From a virus (taxonomy: Duplodnaviria; Caudoviricetes), in the IMG/VR virus record IMGVR_UViG_3300020045_001610, positions 1 to 62,439 of that record: a stretch of DNA of 62,439 nucleotides. The stretch is one strand, 5' to 3'. A program made the translations under genes and the position numbers. Under the pieces are notes generated by a model. The model saw only the letters and a program-made list of their open reading frames with translations. It made no database searches and had not been told where the DNA came from. Shown piece by piece: positions 15,432-24,994 of the stretch; positions within the stretch are counted from its first letter, which is position 1, and each line of letters opens with the position of its first letter.

Positions 15432-15872
15432 ATGGAAAACCTCAGTGCAAATACTAAAATTAGCCAGGTTGTGACTGTTGCTGCTGGCGCGTCAGGTTCA
15501 ACTGACATCAAAGGCTCGACGATTGATATGTCTAATTACGAAGGCGTAACTTTTGTAGTTCCTTTCGGTCCAATTACCTCCGGCGCGGCAACTTCGATCA
15601 AAGTTCAAGGTGCTCCTACCGACGTTGACGGGGATTTTGCCGACCTCGAAGGTACAAGTCAGACTGTTGTTGACACCGCCGACAACACTACCTTTTACAT
15701 CGACCTTGTAAAGCCTCAGAGTCGCTATGTGCGTCTGTACGTTGCTCGCGCAACTCAGGCTTCAACTTGTGCAGCTCTTGCTGTTCAGTATAACGGTCGC
15801 GTCAAACCCGCAACTCACGGAACAGGAGTTTCCGGTGAACTGCATGTTTCTCCTGCTGAAGGTACTGCTTAA
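15432..15872 (+). CDS. putative capsid decoration protein
   Basis: follows MCP; IDMSNYEG, RYVRL beta-rich pattern. Confidence 0.6.
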   Translation: MENLSANTKISQVVTVAAGASGSTDIKGSTIDMSNYEGVTFVVPFGPITSGAATSIKVQGAPTDVDGDFADLEGTSQTVVDTADNTTFYIDLVKPQSRYVRLYVARATQASTCAALAVQYNGRVKPATHGTGVSGELHVSPAEGTA

Positions 15873-15943
15873 TTCGGAATTGAACTTAACTATTAACTGA
15901 AGGAGAGGGCTGGCAACGGCCCTCTTGTAAAAGGAGCTTTATC

Positions 15944-16540
15944 ATGGGATACAACGGCAAAGTATATCGTAAACAGGGTGGCAACGAACTGGTTGTTGCC
16001 AACGGCGGAAAGATTACAGTTAAAGCGGGTGGTTCGATTGATCGTGGCCTGAATCTTCGTATTCCGCTTCTTTCAGGGCGTACTGCAACAGGCGCTCCAA
16101 TTCTCGTAGCGGCTGCTGTTGCAACTGATTTTATTCCTTCTATTTCGGCAACCAACACGTTTAATCTTGCTGGAACAGTTTCAAACAACAACGCCAAAAC
16201 CAACGATGTTCTTTATGACATTGTATTGCCGAATGACTACGTTGCAGGTACGAACGTAACTGCCTACATTGCTGCTGGTTACGCAACTTCGGGCGGAACT
16301 GTCAGCCTCGCTACCGTTGATCTTGTTGCAGGTCTTGCAACTGACGCTGGTGCTGCTGGTGCTGATATTTGTGCTACTGCTGCAATCACAATTGCCGCCG
16401 ATACAGCCGAACATGCTTTCACGATTACCGGAACAACACTCACCCCAGGTTGCCGCATTGCGTTGAAAGCTACCGTAGCAATCACCAACAACAACGCTAC
16501 AAACACAACCGGATACATTTACGCTCTACGACTTGCATAA
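15944..16540 (+). CDS. putative head decoration/fiber protein
   Basis: YNGKVYRKQGGNELVVANGG N-terminus; Ala/Thr/Gly rich. Confidence 0.55.
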   Translation: MGYNGKVYRKQGGNELVVANGGKITVKAGGSIDRGLNLRIPLLSGRTATGAPILVAAAVATDFIPSISATNTFNLAGTVSNNNAKTNDVLYDIVLPNDYVAGTNVTAYIAAGYATSGGTVSLATVDLVAGLATDAGAAGADICATAAITIAADTAEHAFTITGTTLTPGCRIALKATVAITNNNATNTTGYIYALRLA

Positions 16541-16581
16541 TGATGCGCCCTTCGGGGCGCTGATTTTGGAAAGAGGTTAAA

Positions 16582-16899
16582 ATGAAAATCAAAATGCTTA
16601 CCACAAAATGCGGCCCTGTTTCTTCTGAGAATTGGGTTGAAGGTCAGAAGCGCAATGTGTGCGACGAAGAAGGCGAATATTGGATCAAGATGGGCGTTGC
16701 CACCTTGATTGAAAAATCAGTTGTCGCTCCTGCTGAGAAAGCTGTTATCACAGCTCCTGAACGAGCCGTTATCAAGCCGACAGAAACAGCTAAGGTCGCA
16801 GTATCCCCTGAACCTGTCAAGGCTACTGTAGCGGCCCCTGTGAAGCCTACAGCAGTTGCTTCAGCCAAAGCCGCTACTTGGGGAACACCCGCAGCATAA
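16582..16899 (+). CDS. hypothetical virion protein
   Basis: Ala/Pro/Val-rich repeated tail; RBS. Confidence 0.6.
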   Translation: MKIKMLTTKCGPVSSENWVEGQKRNVCDEEGEYWIKMGVATLIEKSVVAPAEKAVITAPERAVIKPTETAKVAVSPEPVKATVAAPVKPTAVASAKAATWGTPAA

Positions 16900-16908
16900 G
16901 GAGTTATA

Positions 16909-17226
16909 ATGTCTCAGTTACCAAGAGATTCCGATGGAATGAAACTTCAAGGCTTTATTCCCGATCCTGCCAAATCACAAGTTAACTCTGCAATTACTGG
17001 AACTAAAGTATTTAAAAAAGGTTCTGGTGCAGATGATGATATTACAGGTTGGCTTGCTCTAAAAGTAGTCGCTTCGGCTGCAAGCACTTACTACTTCAAC
17101 AGCGATAGCACCAAAACCATGCCACTTCCGGCGAATGTTGAAGTGGCAATTTTTGTCACTAATTCAGCAATAACTCAAGTTAGTTTGGTACTTGGGGCTG
17201 GAACCGCAAGCGTTCAAGGGATGTAG
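16909..17226 (+). CDS. hypothetical virion protein
   Basis: AAGGAG RBS. Confidence 0.6.
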   Translation: MSQLPRDSDGMKLQGFIPDPAKSQVNSAITGTKVFKKGSGADDDITGWLALKVVASAASTYYFNSDSTKTMPLPANVEVAIFVTNSAITQVSLVLGAGTASVQGM

Positions 17227-17239
17227 TTTCAGTGAATTG

Positions 17240-17275
17240 AAACCGGATTTAATTTTACGTTTAAATCCGGTTTTT
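17240..17275 (+). terminator. rho-independent terminator
   Basis: 13-bp stem AAACCGGATTTAA/TTAAATCCGGTTT plus Ts. Confidence 0.7.
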
Positions 17276-17306
17276 GCTTACTGAAAAAGATTTGTCGGAG
17301 GTATTC

Positions 17307-17696
17307 ATGTTAAGTCTTGCTAAAAATAATACACCTGCTTATGACTATTACAGCAATGGTGACGGTACTGATCCTGTAGTAATATCAGCTACGCTTGATA
17401 ACACAGGTGGTACTTCCAATACAGCGACTGTTACAACCTATCTGATTGCTACAACTTTTAAGTACACTGGAATTTCAGTAACTGTTGTTAACGAACAAAC
17501 AGGTATTGATTGGAAGTTGTCGCTTGATAACAGTACGTGGTTGGATACTGTAACGCCTGCTGATTTGAACGGGCTTAGCGCTGACGCCAATCATGTTGTA
17601 TATGTTCGGGGTGTAGTAACCAACGACGGTACAGTTGCTACCGGAGTTTATTCAACCCCTGACATTAGAATAACTAGCACTGAAAATCCAGTATAA
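17307..17696 (+). CDS. hypothetical virion protein
   Basis: GGAGG RBS; Thr/Val-rich. Confidence 0.6.
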   Translation: MLSLAKNNTPAYDYYSNGDGTDPVVISATLDNTGGTSNTATVTTYLIATTFKYTGISVTVVNEQTGIDWKLSLDNSTWLDTVTPADLNGLSADANHVVYVRGVVTNDGTVATGVYSTPDIRITSTENPV

Positions 17697-17708
17697 GGGG
17701 AATTTCTG

Positions 17709-17861
17709 ATGATAAGAAGCGTTAAAATCAAAATAGGGCAACCAGAAGAATTGGAAGCAATTTTGCCCGTTGATCGTGTTGTAGAAATTGACGAGGACGG
17801 TAGGTGTAGTCTATTTGACCAACAGATTATTATAGCTCATGAACAGATAGAAGAGGTGTGA
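17709..17861 (+). CDS. hypothetical protein (50 aa)
   Basis: manual ORF filling the gap; AAGGGG RBS. Confidence 0.5.
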   Translation: MIRSVKIKIGQPEELEAILPVDRVVEIDEDGRCSLFDQQIIIAHEQIEEV

Positions 17862-18202
17862 TGATGAATGGGATACCGATAAAGGGTAGTGATAATAATC
17901 AATACGTTACTCGTACTGAAACCGGTGTAGATGGTAAGGAAACGCAAGTAGTTGCAGGCCAATCAGACACATTCTTGCGCCGCTTGTTCCGCACATTAAA
18001 CCGTCTCACTTTCGACGTGTCAGGACAGTTACGAACAGCCGTAGCTGGTTCGGTATCAGTCAGCAGTGGGGTCGTGACGACTGTAGGTACTATGACCACC
18101 GGAAACATAGGCTTTAGTGACATGGGTAAACCTGCAACAGCAATGATAGTGAGTCGGCAACTTGCGGCGTGTGGCACGCAGCGCAACCTACGGAGACCTT
18201 AA
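17861..18202 (+). CDS. hypothetical protein
   Basis: GAGGTG RBS. Confidence 0.6.
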   Translation: MMNGIPIKGSDNNQYVTRTETGVDGKETQVVAGQSDTFLRRLFRTLNRLTFDVSGQLRTAVAGSVSVSSGVVTTVGTMTTGNIGFSDMGKPATAMIVSRQLAACGTQRNLRRP

Positions 18203-19633
18203 ATGGACATGATAAATGATAACATACGAGTCACAAACCTACCAGAGTGGGAACAGATGATGTTTGCTCCCGCAACGGGCATTGCGGGAACTAACATTGT
18301 CGATGATAACAAACGGTACATTTATGAGTATTTCCAGACATCAGCAACAGCTGCACAGTTTTGGAGATACGACACCTGGAATGACACTTACCAGCAGTTA
18401 GCAACACCCCCTACTCAGACAGGCACAGTTGCTAATATGACGTACACAGAGGGCGAAGGTGGTCAATGGTCGGGCCGCACGTTCGGAGCTGTATATCTGT
18501 TCGTGGGCAACGGGACTGTTTGTTACCTATACCGTTATAATGTTGCCACTAACACATGGAGTGCTGCACTTAGCACTGTCGGCATCCCCGCTGCATTCGC
18601 CACAGATTGTTATTTGATGCATCCTGGCCCTAGTCGTAACGGATGGGAGGGTGGTTATCACGCAGGAGTATTGCGTACTATCACGTTAGGTGCAGACGTA
18701 GCAGTAGGTGCTACCACAGCACCAGTAGCGGCACTACCTGAAGCACTCCCCGCAGGAGCGCGTTTACGGTTTGGCACGTTTGACATAACTCTCTCGGCAG
18801 CAGTATCAAGAGGCGAAACAACGCTTCCAGTAACAGCCCTCCCGCAAGGCATCGGGGTTGGCACAATCTTGATGACTGCCGGAGGCGATGACGTGATCCT
18901 GTCAGCTGCGGCATCGGCAGGCGCAACCAGCGTATCTGTTTACCCATTATTCAGAGGTATGGCGAGCGGCACAGTTATAACAGTTGAGCAGTTTGTAGTG
19001 TTAACAGCCGCAGCTGCTATATCAGCAGTATCAATTACTATTGCCGCAGCACTCTACACAATAAGCACAGCCGCAACAGCACTCTATTACGGGCAGATAT
19101 ATCTAGTAGGTAGCAACGCGACGGTTATGTACCGGTACAATAAAGGCGCAAACCTTTGGTACACTACAAGCGCGAACAGTGGCAACCCTGCTATTCCAGC
19201 ACTGCCAGGATCAGCTGGTCTGGGTTGTGCATTAAAATGGCTACCTGCATACGCACCGGATAAGTTGTGGTGCCTACGTGGAGGTGCGACAGCAACCTCG
19301 TATATATACGATCTTGTGGCGAATGCCTGGGCAACAGAGACATTTTACCCATCGACTGAGACGTTCACTACAGGCACTACAGTTGCCAGCCGTTCAATCG
19401 GAGGGAAGCAAACCACGCTCTTGATTCAGAAAGACGCAACAATGAGAATTTACGAGGGCAACCCCGCTAAGAACTCGCTTGAGCCAGCGTTTACGCAGTT
19501 CATTTATCCTACAGGCGCAGCGGTAGTAGGCGATAAAGCAACGTGTATCGTCACCCCAGATGGCCTTGAGTATTACTACATGCTGTTGCCGTCATCTACA
19601 TCATTTCTACGCACTATGCTACTTGACCGATAA
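18203..19633 (+). CDS. Kelch-like beta-propeller virion protein
   Basis: repeated FWRYDT..., LYRYNVATNTW, YRYNKGANLW, YIYDLVANAW. Confidence 0.6.
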   Translation: MDMINDNIRVTNLPEWEQMMFAPATGIAGTNIVDDNKRYIYEYFQTSATAAQFWRYDTWNDTYQQLATPPTQTGTVANMTYTEGEGGQWSGRTFGAVYLFVGNGTVCYLYRYNVATNTWSAALSTVGIPAAFATDCYLMHPGPSRNGWEGGYHAGVLRTITLGADVAVGATTAPVAALPEALPAGARLRFGTFDITLSAAVSRGETTLPVTALPQGIGVGTILMTAGGDDVILSAAASAGATSVSVYPLFRGMASGTVITVEQFVVLTAAAAISAVSITIAAALYTISTAATALYYGQIYLVGSNATVMYRYNKGANLWYTTSANSGNPAIPALPGSAGLGCALKWLPAYAPDKLWCLRGGATATSYIYDLVANAWATETFYPSTETFTTGTTVASRSIGGKQTTLLIQKDATMRIYEGNPAKNSLEPAFTQFIYPTGAAVVGDKATCIVTPDGLEYYYMLLPSSTSFLRTMLLDR

Positions 19634-20355
19634 TGTTATTAGCTCTTTACCCAGCTTGGGGTAGTCAAACAACAGCGATTGAATCTTATTTTAATTTATC
19701 TGCTGTTGTTAGCTCGACAATAACAAACACTACAGATTTATCTGGTGTAATTAGTAATTCAGTGCTTAACATCTCAGATACTTACGCTGTAATAAAGTTA
19801 AGTTCAACAAAATATGTTGACTTAAAATCTTTAATTTCCAACCAAGAATTAAAGTATGTTGATTTAACAAGTATCGTTAAATCTAGTTTAAGCAGTACCT
19901 TTGATACTTCTTCTGTATTGCATTCAAGTTTTATTAATTATTGTGATTTGTCTGCAACTGTAAAAACAGCAAACGATATATCTACTGATACTATTTTAAA
20001 AGTTTTAACTTCAGTTCAAAAATTAGTAGACACAACGACTCAAATTACTACTTCAGTTTTAGTTTTTGTTGACACAAATTCGCAAATAACAAATCCTTAC
20101 GAACTGTCTGTAGATGCTTCAGGCCACGTTAATACTTACGAACTGTTGTTAGTAGATATGCAAATAGGTATTGTTAACATAATCAGATTACCTGCTGACT
20201 ATGTTTTATTGCTTGTATCTACAACGCCTTATTCGTTTCAAACTAATTCTGTTTACGAGTTTACTTCTTCAGCACACACTAATTGGGATGTTTCAGCGCC
20301 TGATTTAAATTTAACATCTCAAAGTGGATTTATTTTAAATGTAATTCCTGCTTAA
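19633..20355 (+). CDS. Ser/Thr-rich 14-residue repeat protein
   Basis: Asp every 14 aa over about 11 units. Confidence 0.6.
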   Translation: MLLALYPAWGSQTTAIESYFNLSAVVSSTITNTTDLSGVISNSVLNISDTYAVIKLSSTKYVDLKSLISNQELKYVDLTSIVKSSLSSTFDTSSVLHSSFINYCDLSATVKTANDISTDTILKVLTSVQKLVDTTTQITTSVLVFVDTNSQITNPYELSVDASGHVNTYELLLVDMQIGIVNIIRLPADYVLLLVSTTPYSFQTNSVYEFTSSAHTNWDVSAPDLNLTSQSGFILNVIPA

Positions 20356-20370
20356 TATTGGAGAAAACTA

Positions 20371-20679
20371 ATGGCAAATATAAAGCGCGGCGACAGTATT
20401 GAGCGTGACGTAAAAAGCCCTAATGTAACCGACTTTACCGGCTGGACAGGTACTTGGGGTCTTTTTTCCAAAGTTGGTGGAACTGCTTTAAAAACAGGTT
20501 CTTTGACGGTAAGCAGTGACAAAAAATACATGCTATGCCGCGTACCTCCTTATACTCTCAGTACAGCCCCACCTCTCGGTATCTACTACCTTGAAATAGA
20601 AGTCTTCAGTTCAGTTTTAAATATTCGTAAAACGATCCAAGAAGAAATTGTTTTTACAGCTACAGGGCTGCTTGTTTGA
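20371..20679 (+). CDS. Ig-like virion protein
   Basis: IKRGDS...GIYYLEIEV. Confidence 0.5.
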   Translation: MANIKRGDSIERDVKSPNVTDFTGWTGTWGLFSKVGGTALKTGSLTVSSDKKYMLCRVPPYTLSTAPPLGIYYLEIEVFSSVLNIRKTIQEEIVFTATGLLV

Positions 20680-20689
20680 CTTGCAAAAA

Positions 20690-20701
20690 TATCTGAATAT
20701 A
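20690..20701 (+). promoter_or_regulatory. TATCTGAATATA box 2
   Basis: intergenic, upstream of head-tail genes. Confidence 0.55.
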
Positions 20702-20769
20702 TGGATAAATGTATTGACATTGCTGCACGTTTCGGATATGGGTAAGACATATTGGCGTGAGGGTTTACT

Positions 20770-21372
20770 ATGAAACTTGTTTGCACAACACAACCGTTAT
20801 CGGAACCTATTGAACTCATTGACGTTCAAGGGCAAATTCGTGCAGACGATCTTTCCGCAGAAGCCTCAACTATTGCCATTTTTATCCAAGCTGTGCGCGA
20901 ACGAGCTGAACAAATAACTCGTCGCGCTCTTGTCAGCCAAACTTGGGAATTAACTCTTGACTGCTTTCCTTACGGTGCAATCAACCTACCGAAACCGCCG
21001 CTACAAACCGTAGATTCAATTAAGTACATTGACCCCGATGGAGTTGAACAAACTCTTAACCCCGCGCTGTATAGAGTTCTGCTTGGTGGTGAACCTGGAT
21101 TAGTACAACCGGTGTACGGAACCTCTTGGCCGACTACTTTAAACGATCTTGAAACTGTTAAGATTAAGTTTACTTGTGGGTATGGCCCAATCGCTCCTGC
21201 CGAAACTTTGAATATTCCAAAAGCAATTATTCAGTGGATGACTTTGCAGGTTGCAAACCTCTACGAAAACAGAGAATCGCAAGGCGTAGCAATGGGGCGC
21301 AGTACGGTGTTTAACTTGGACGCTACTTTGTGTGATGGGCTTCTTGAAAGTTATCGTATTACTAGATTATGA
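20770..21372 (+). CDS. head-tail connector (gp6-like)
   Basis: EPIEL, ITRRALVSQTW, LPKPPLQ, LYENRE. Confidence 0.9.
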   Translation: MKLVCTTQPLSEPIELIDVQGQIRADDLSAEASTIAIFIQAVRERAEQITRRALVSQTWELTLDCFPYGAINLPKPPLQTVDSIKYIDPDGVEQTLNPALYRVLLGGEPGLVQPVYGTSWPTTLNDLETVKIKFTCGYGPIAPAETLNIPKAIIQWMTLQVANLYENRESQGVAMGRSTVFNLDATLCDGLLESYRITRL

Positions 21373-21695
21373 GGTCAGGAACACTCAGGCATCGCGTAAG
21401 GTTGGAAGTACCCGTTCAAGTAAAACAGGCAAATGGTTCTGTAGTTACAACTTGGAATTTATACCGTGAAGTTTGGGCTAATCTTGAAACATTAAAAGGT
21501 TTTGAACGACAAGTTGCAACAACTTCATGGCCTGCTTCTGATGTTAAGATTTCAATGCGCTACGTTGCCGGTTTATTGCCCACAATGAGAGTTGTTTATA
21601 ACGGAAGGTCTTATTCAATTCTCGGTATTGCTGATGATGAAGAAAGACACCGTGACGTGACTTTGACAACTCAGACAGGGGTTACACTTTTATGA
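21369..21695 (+). CDS. head closure/adaptor (SPP1 gp16-like)
   Basis: MRSGTLRHRV, VWA, MRVVYNGRSYSI. Confidence 0.88.
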   Translation: MRSGTLRHRVRLEVPVQVKQANGSVVTTWNLYREVWANLETLKGFERQVATTSWPASDVKISMRYVAGLLPTMRVVYNGRSYSILGIADDEERHRDVTLTTQTGVTLL

Positions 21696-22120
21696 TCCCA
21701 CTCGAAGAACAACTAACAACGATTTTAACGCCTGTTTGTGGCGATGAAATATATCCAATAGGTCATCCTGATCCTGACGGTCTGATTGCAAGCGTAGCAA
21801 ACACTTTTACAATCTTCACCGTAGTTGGCGGTCAGTCTTACAACACGCTTGAAGGTGACGCTGGTATATCCAGAGTACGCTTGCAGATTTCAACGTATGC
21901 GATGGATTACACAGAGTTTAAAGCAACTCAGCGAGCAATTGCAGCAGCAATGCAAGCTTCCAACGTATTAGCAAACGGATGTATTGACTCGCATGAAGAT
22001 GTTTACTCAAAAGTAGGAGCTTTGAAAAACGTTTCAGTAGGTGCTCCAACTGAAGGTAAAGAACAAGATACCAAACGTTTTTACGTGCACGCTGAATGGT
22101 ATATTTGGATTCAAGAATAA
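21692..22120 (+). CDS. tail terminator-like protein
   Basis: position; RLQISTYA. Confidence 0.65.
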   Translation: MIPLEEQLTTILTPVCGDEIYPIGHPDPDGLIASVANTFTIFTVVGGQSYNTLEGDAGISRVRLQISTYAMDYTEFKATQRAIAAAMQASNVLANGCIDSHEDVYSKVGALKNVSVGAPTEGKEQDTKRFYVHAEWYIWIQE

Positions 22121-22145
22121 ATTTAATGTTGTGTTTGGAGGGTTA

Positions 22146-22505
22146 ATGTCAACTCAAGAACTTGACGCGAGTTTGGAAATATTATTAGAAACTCTTCCTG
22201 AAGAACACGAAGGAAATAGACGTAGTAAATATTCATTAACTAAACATGATGCCAAACTTATTGCAAACATGATTCAAGTTGGTGTAAATAATCAAGGTTG
22301 CTCCATAGGCTTGACCGAACAGCAAATGGCCGCTATTAAAGAAATACCTCACGGTATGTTTAGAGATATGCGAGATATTGTCAAAGAACGCCGAAGAGTT
22401 TTAAATGCAATAGGTTTAATGACACTAGCTGTCCTTGGTTGGCTTGGGAAATTAATATTTGAAGGAATTGATTGGCATAAGTTTTGGAGTGTATTTCACA
22501 AATAA
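22146..22505 (+). CDS. membrane protein with C-terminal TM
   Basis: GGAGG RBS; AIGLMTLAVLGWLG. Confidence 0.55.
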   Translation: MSTQELDASLEILLETLPEEHEGNRRSKYSLTKHDAKLIANMIQVGVNNQGCSIGLTEQQMAAIKEIPHGMFRDMRDIVKERRRVLNAIGLMTLAVLGWLGKLIFEGIDWHKFWSVFHK

Positions 22506-22553
22506 GTTACGACAACGAGCCGTAACTATCAAGTTCAAAAAAGGAGAACCACG

Positions 22554-23204
22554 ATGTCATCAGGAGCTATTAGCGCACAAGGTTCAAAGATTTATCAGGG
22601 TACAGGAACGGCTTCACCTATTACAATCACTGCAATCAGCAAGGCATTCAAAGGTGAAGTTACTGGGACTTGTACAGGGCTTACGAAAGGTAATCGTGTC
22701 ACTCTCGCATCTATTGTGGGTATGACCGAACTGAACGGAGTTGTTGCAACGGTACTTGACGTCACAAGCACAACTTCATTTATCATTGACGTTGATACTC
22801 GTGCAATGACTACTTACGGTAGTGCAGGGACAGCAACACCGGTAACTTGGACACAGCTCAAAGAACTTGACACGTTTGATCCTTCAGGAGCTTCGGTTTC
22901 TGAATTGGATAAGACAAATCTTGACAGTTCCGCTAAAGAATTTTCAGCAGGTATTGTTGACAATGGTACAATTTCTTGCGGTATGAAGTATGTCGCTTCT
23001 GATCCAGGCTTGATTGCAGCTAAGGTCGCCTTCGTTGCCGGAACAACTTGCCAGTACAAGCTGGTTGTTCCCAACGGTGATATTTACTCGTTTCAAGGTT
23101 TCTACAAGGAATGCCCAACCATGCCTTCAGGTGGTGTAGACAAGCTTCTGACGGGCAAGTTGTCTATTCGCGTTGACGGTGCTGTAACTCTCACACCGGC
23201 ATAA
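22554..23204 (+). CDS. major tail (tube) protein
   Basis: AISAQGSK, TNLDSSAKEF..G.VDNG, YSFQG. Confidence 0.85.
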   Translation: MSSGAISAQGSKIYQGTGTASPITITAISKAFKGEVTGTCTGLTKGNRVTLASIVGMTELNGVVATVLDVTSTTSFIIDVDTRAMTTYGSAGTATPVTWTQLKELDTFDPSGASVSELDKTNLDSSAKEFSAGIVDNGTISCGMKYVASDPGLIAAKVAFVAGTTCQYKLVVPNGDIYSFQGFYKECPTMPSGGVDKLLTGKLSIRVDGAVTLTPA

Positions 23205-23357
23205 CCCATCTTTGAGCGGTTTAAAGTTAGGCTGAAAAATCTAATTTTTGGTAAACCTTGAAGCTGTTCAGTTTATTTAAATTCAATTTGAGGTCTGATA
23301 AATGCCGAATCGGAAGTAGTTACGGTGTTGACAAGGAATCGTTGGCTGTCAATATAA

Positions 23358-23531
23358 TTAGAATTTTCTACTAGCTTTATTAAAAGCTTCTGCCGATTGG
23401 TTAAGCCCCAACTTTAACATCATTTCCAAGCAAATAAGTTCACACTTTGAGCTTAATTCCGTACCTGTTAAAGTTTCAGCGGCTACAACAAATTGAAAAG
23501 AATAAATTTGGTCAACTTTTGAACGTTTCAT
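23358..23531 (-). CDS. 57-aa moron protein with own promoter
   Basis: manual ORF MKRSKVDQ...; AAGGAG RBS; TTGACA-17-TAAAAG at 23603-23575. Confidence 0.55.
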   Translation of the reverse strand: MKRSKVDQIYSFQFVVAAETLTGTELSSKCELICLEMMLKLGLNQSAEAFNKASRKF

Positions 23532-23660
23532 TTTAATGCTCCTTTTGAAACTGTAATTTGCAAACTGTACTTAACTTTTAACATTAACTTTGAAGTTTGT
23601 CAACAACTATTCAACAGGGAATTTAATTCCCATACTAAACGTCAGAAAGGCGATATTGCA

Positions 23661-24062
23661 ATGAGTTTTTTAACCCGCGACCAGATGTTTGAAGAAGGTG
23701 CTTTAAAAACCAAAGTAGTCACACTGAAGAACGGCGAAGCAATTGTTTCACAGATCGGCGGTGCTGATTACATCACACTTTGGTCTGATCCAAAGAATCA
23801 AAAAGTAGTTGATGGTAAAGACGTAATTGATATGGCTCGTTTTACACCAGCCCTTATTTCTTACGCAGTTGTTGACGAAGCCGGAAACAGGTTGTTCACT
23901 GAAGCTGATGTTGAACGACTTGCACGTTTTAATTCAGATGTATTTCTGAAGCTTGCTGATCCAGCACGACGGTTGAACGGTCTTTCTGGTGAAGAAGAAA
24001 AAAACTCCGACGGGAGCCAGAGCGACTTGCCCTTTTCAGACTCTGCCTCCATCTCGGCGTAA
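23661..24062 (+). CDS. tail assembly chaperone G
   Basis: VVDEAGNRLF...EEEKN; position. Confidence 0.85.
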   Translation: MSFLTRDQMFEEGALKTKVVTLKNGEAIVSQIGGADYITLWSDPKNQKVVDGKDVIDMARFTPALISYAVVDEAGNRLFTEADVERLARFNSDVFLKLADPARRLNGLSGEEEKNSDGSQSDLPFSDSASISA

Positions 24063-24430
24063 GACACCCTGACGAACTGGTTGCCGGAAGCCACGCCACG
24101 TTGCTGAGAATCCCCCTCGGCACGTGGCGTGGCGTAAAGCGCGAGTTCTGCATCAGATTACCAGGGAAGAGCGGCTTGACGGCAAAGCAGTTGAATGAAT
24201 GGTTTGCCTACATGAACATCGAGCCGTTTGGAAGTATTTGGGATGACATCAGACATGCTCAAATTCAGGCAATGACGGCCAACCTGAACAGAGATTCAAA
24301 AGCTAAACCTGAACCGTACAATGCTGATGATTTCAGGAACTTTAAAGAACGTAAAGAAGACGAAGTTGTTCGCGAAGAAGACACTGACATTTTATCAGCA
24401 CAGATTAGATCGCAAATTTTTGGTATGTAA
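23999..24430 (+). CDS. tail assembly chaperone T part via -1 frameshift
   Basis: A AAA AAC slippery site; -1 frame reads LFRLCLHLG...EWFAY..IEPFG. Confidence 0.8.
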   Translation, partial: KKLRREPERLALFRLCLHLGVRHPDELVAGSHATLLRIPLGTWRGVKREFCIRLPGKSGLTAKQLNEWFAYMNIEPFGSIWDDIRHAQIQAMTANLNRDSKAKPEPYNADDFRNFKERKEDEVVREEDTDILSAQIRSQIFGM

Positions 24431-24432
24431 GG

Positions 24433-24479
24433 AGAAGCCTGCTTGAATTGACATAACGTTAAATTAAGCAGGCTTCTTT
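24433..24479 (+). terminator. terminator-like hairpin
   Basis: AGAAGCCTGCTT/AAGCAGGCTTCT. Confidence 0.55.
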
Positions 24480-24490
24480 GTGGGTATTGT

Positions 24491-24994
24491 ATGAGCTACG
24501 GCTATTCAGATTCAATTCAAATAACAGGGCTTGCGGAACTGCAAACCAAACTCACAGCTTTTGGAGAAAGAGTTGCCAATCAAGTCACTCAAAAAGCCTT
24601 AAATGAAGGTGCTAATTTAATTAGAGACGAAGCTAAACAGTTAGCTCCTGAATGGGAAGGTTATGTTACTAAAGATGGCAGAGTTGTCTTAACTCACAAC
24701 TTAAAGGTCAACGGTGTTTACATAAAGATTTGGGCTGGAAATTTAAAAAAGAATATAAAAGCCAGAAATGTACGAAGAACTGAAAAAGGTGTTAAAAAAG
24801 CACAAACGTATGTGAAGCTTAAAGAATCTTGGTACGCAAAATTTGTTGAGGGTGCTGTAGAGGGTATTGAAAACGGCACTTCACGTCAAACACCACACCC
24901 TTTTATGCGGCCTGCTTTTGAAAATAAAAAAGACGAAGCTGTAGGTCTTTTTGAAAAATATATAAATGAAGAAATTGTTAGCGGGAGGTTATAA
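24491..24994 (+). CDS. HK97 gp10-like tail component
   Basis: ITGLAEL, GNLKKNI, GTSRQTPHPFMRPAF. Confidence 0.88.
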   Translation: MSYGYSDSIQITGLAELQTKLTAFGERVANQVTQKALNEGANLIRDEAKQLAPEWEGYVTKDGRVVLTHNLKVNGVYIKIWAGNLKKNIKARNVRRTEKGVKKAQTYVKLKESWYAKFVEGAVEGIENGTSRQTPHPFMRPAFENKKDEAVGLFEKYINEEIVSGRL

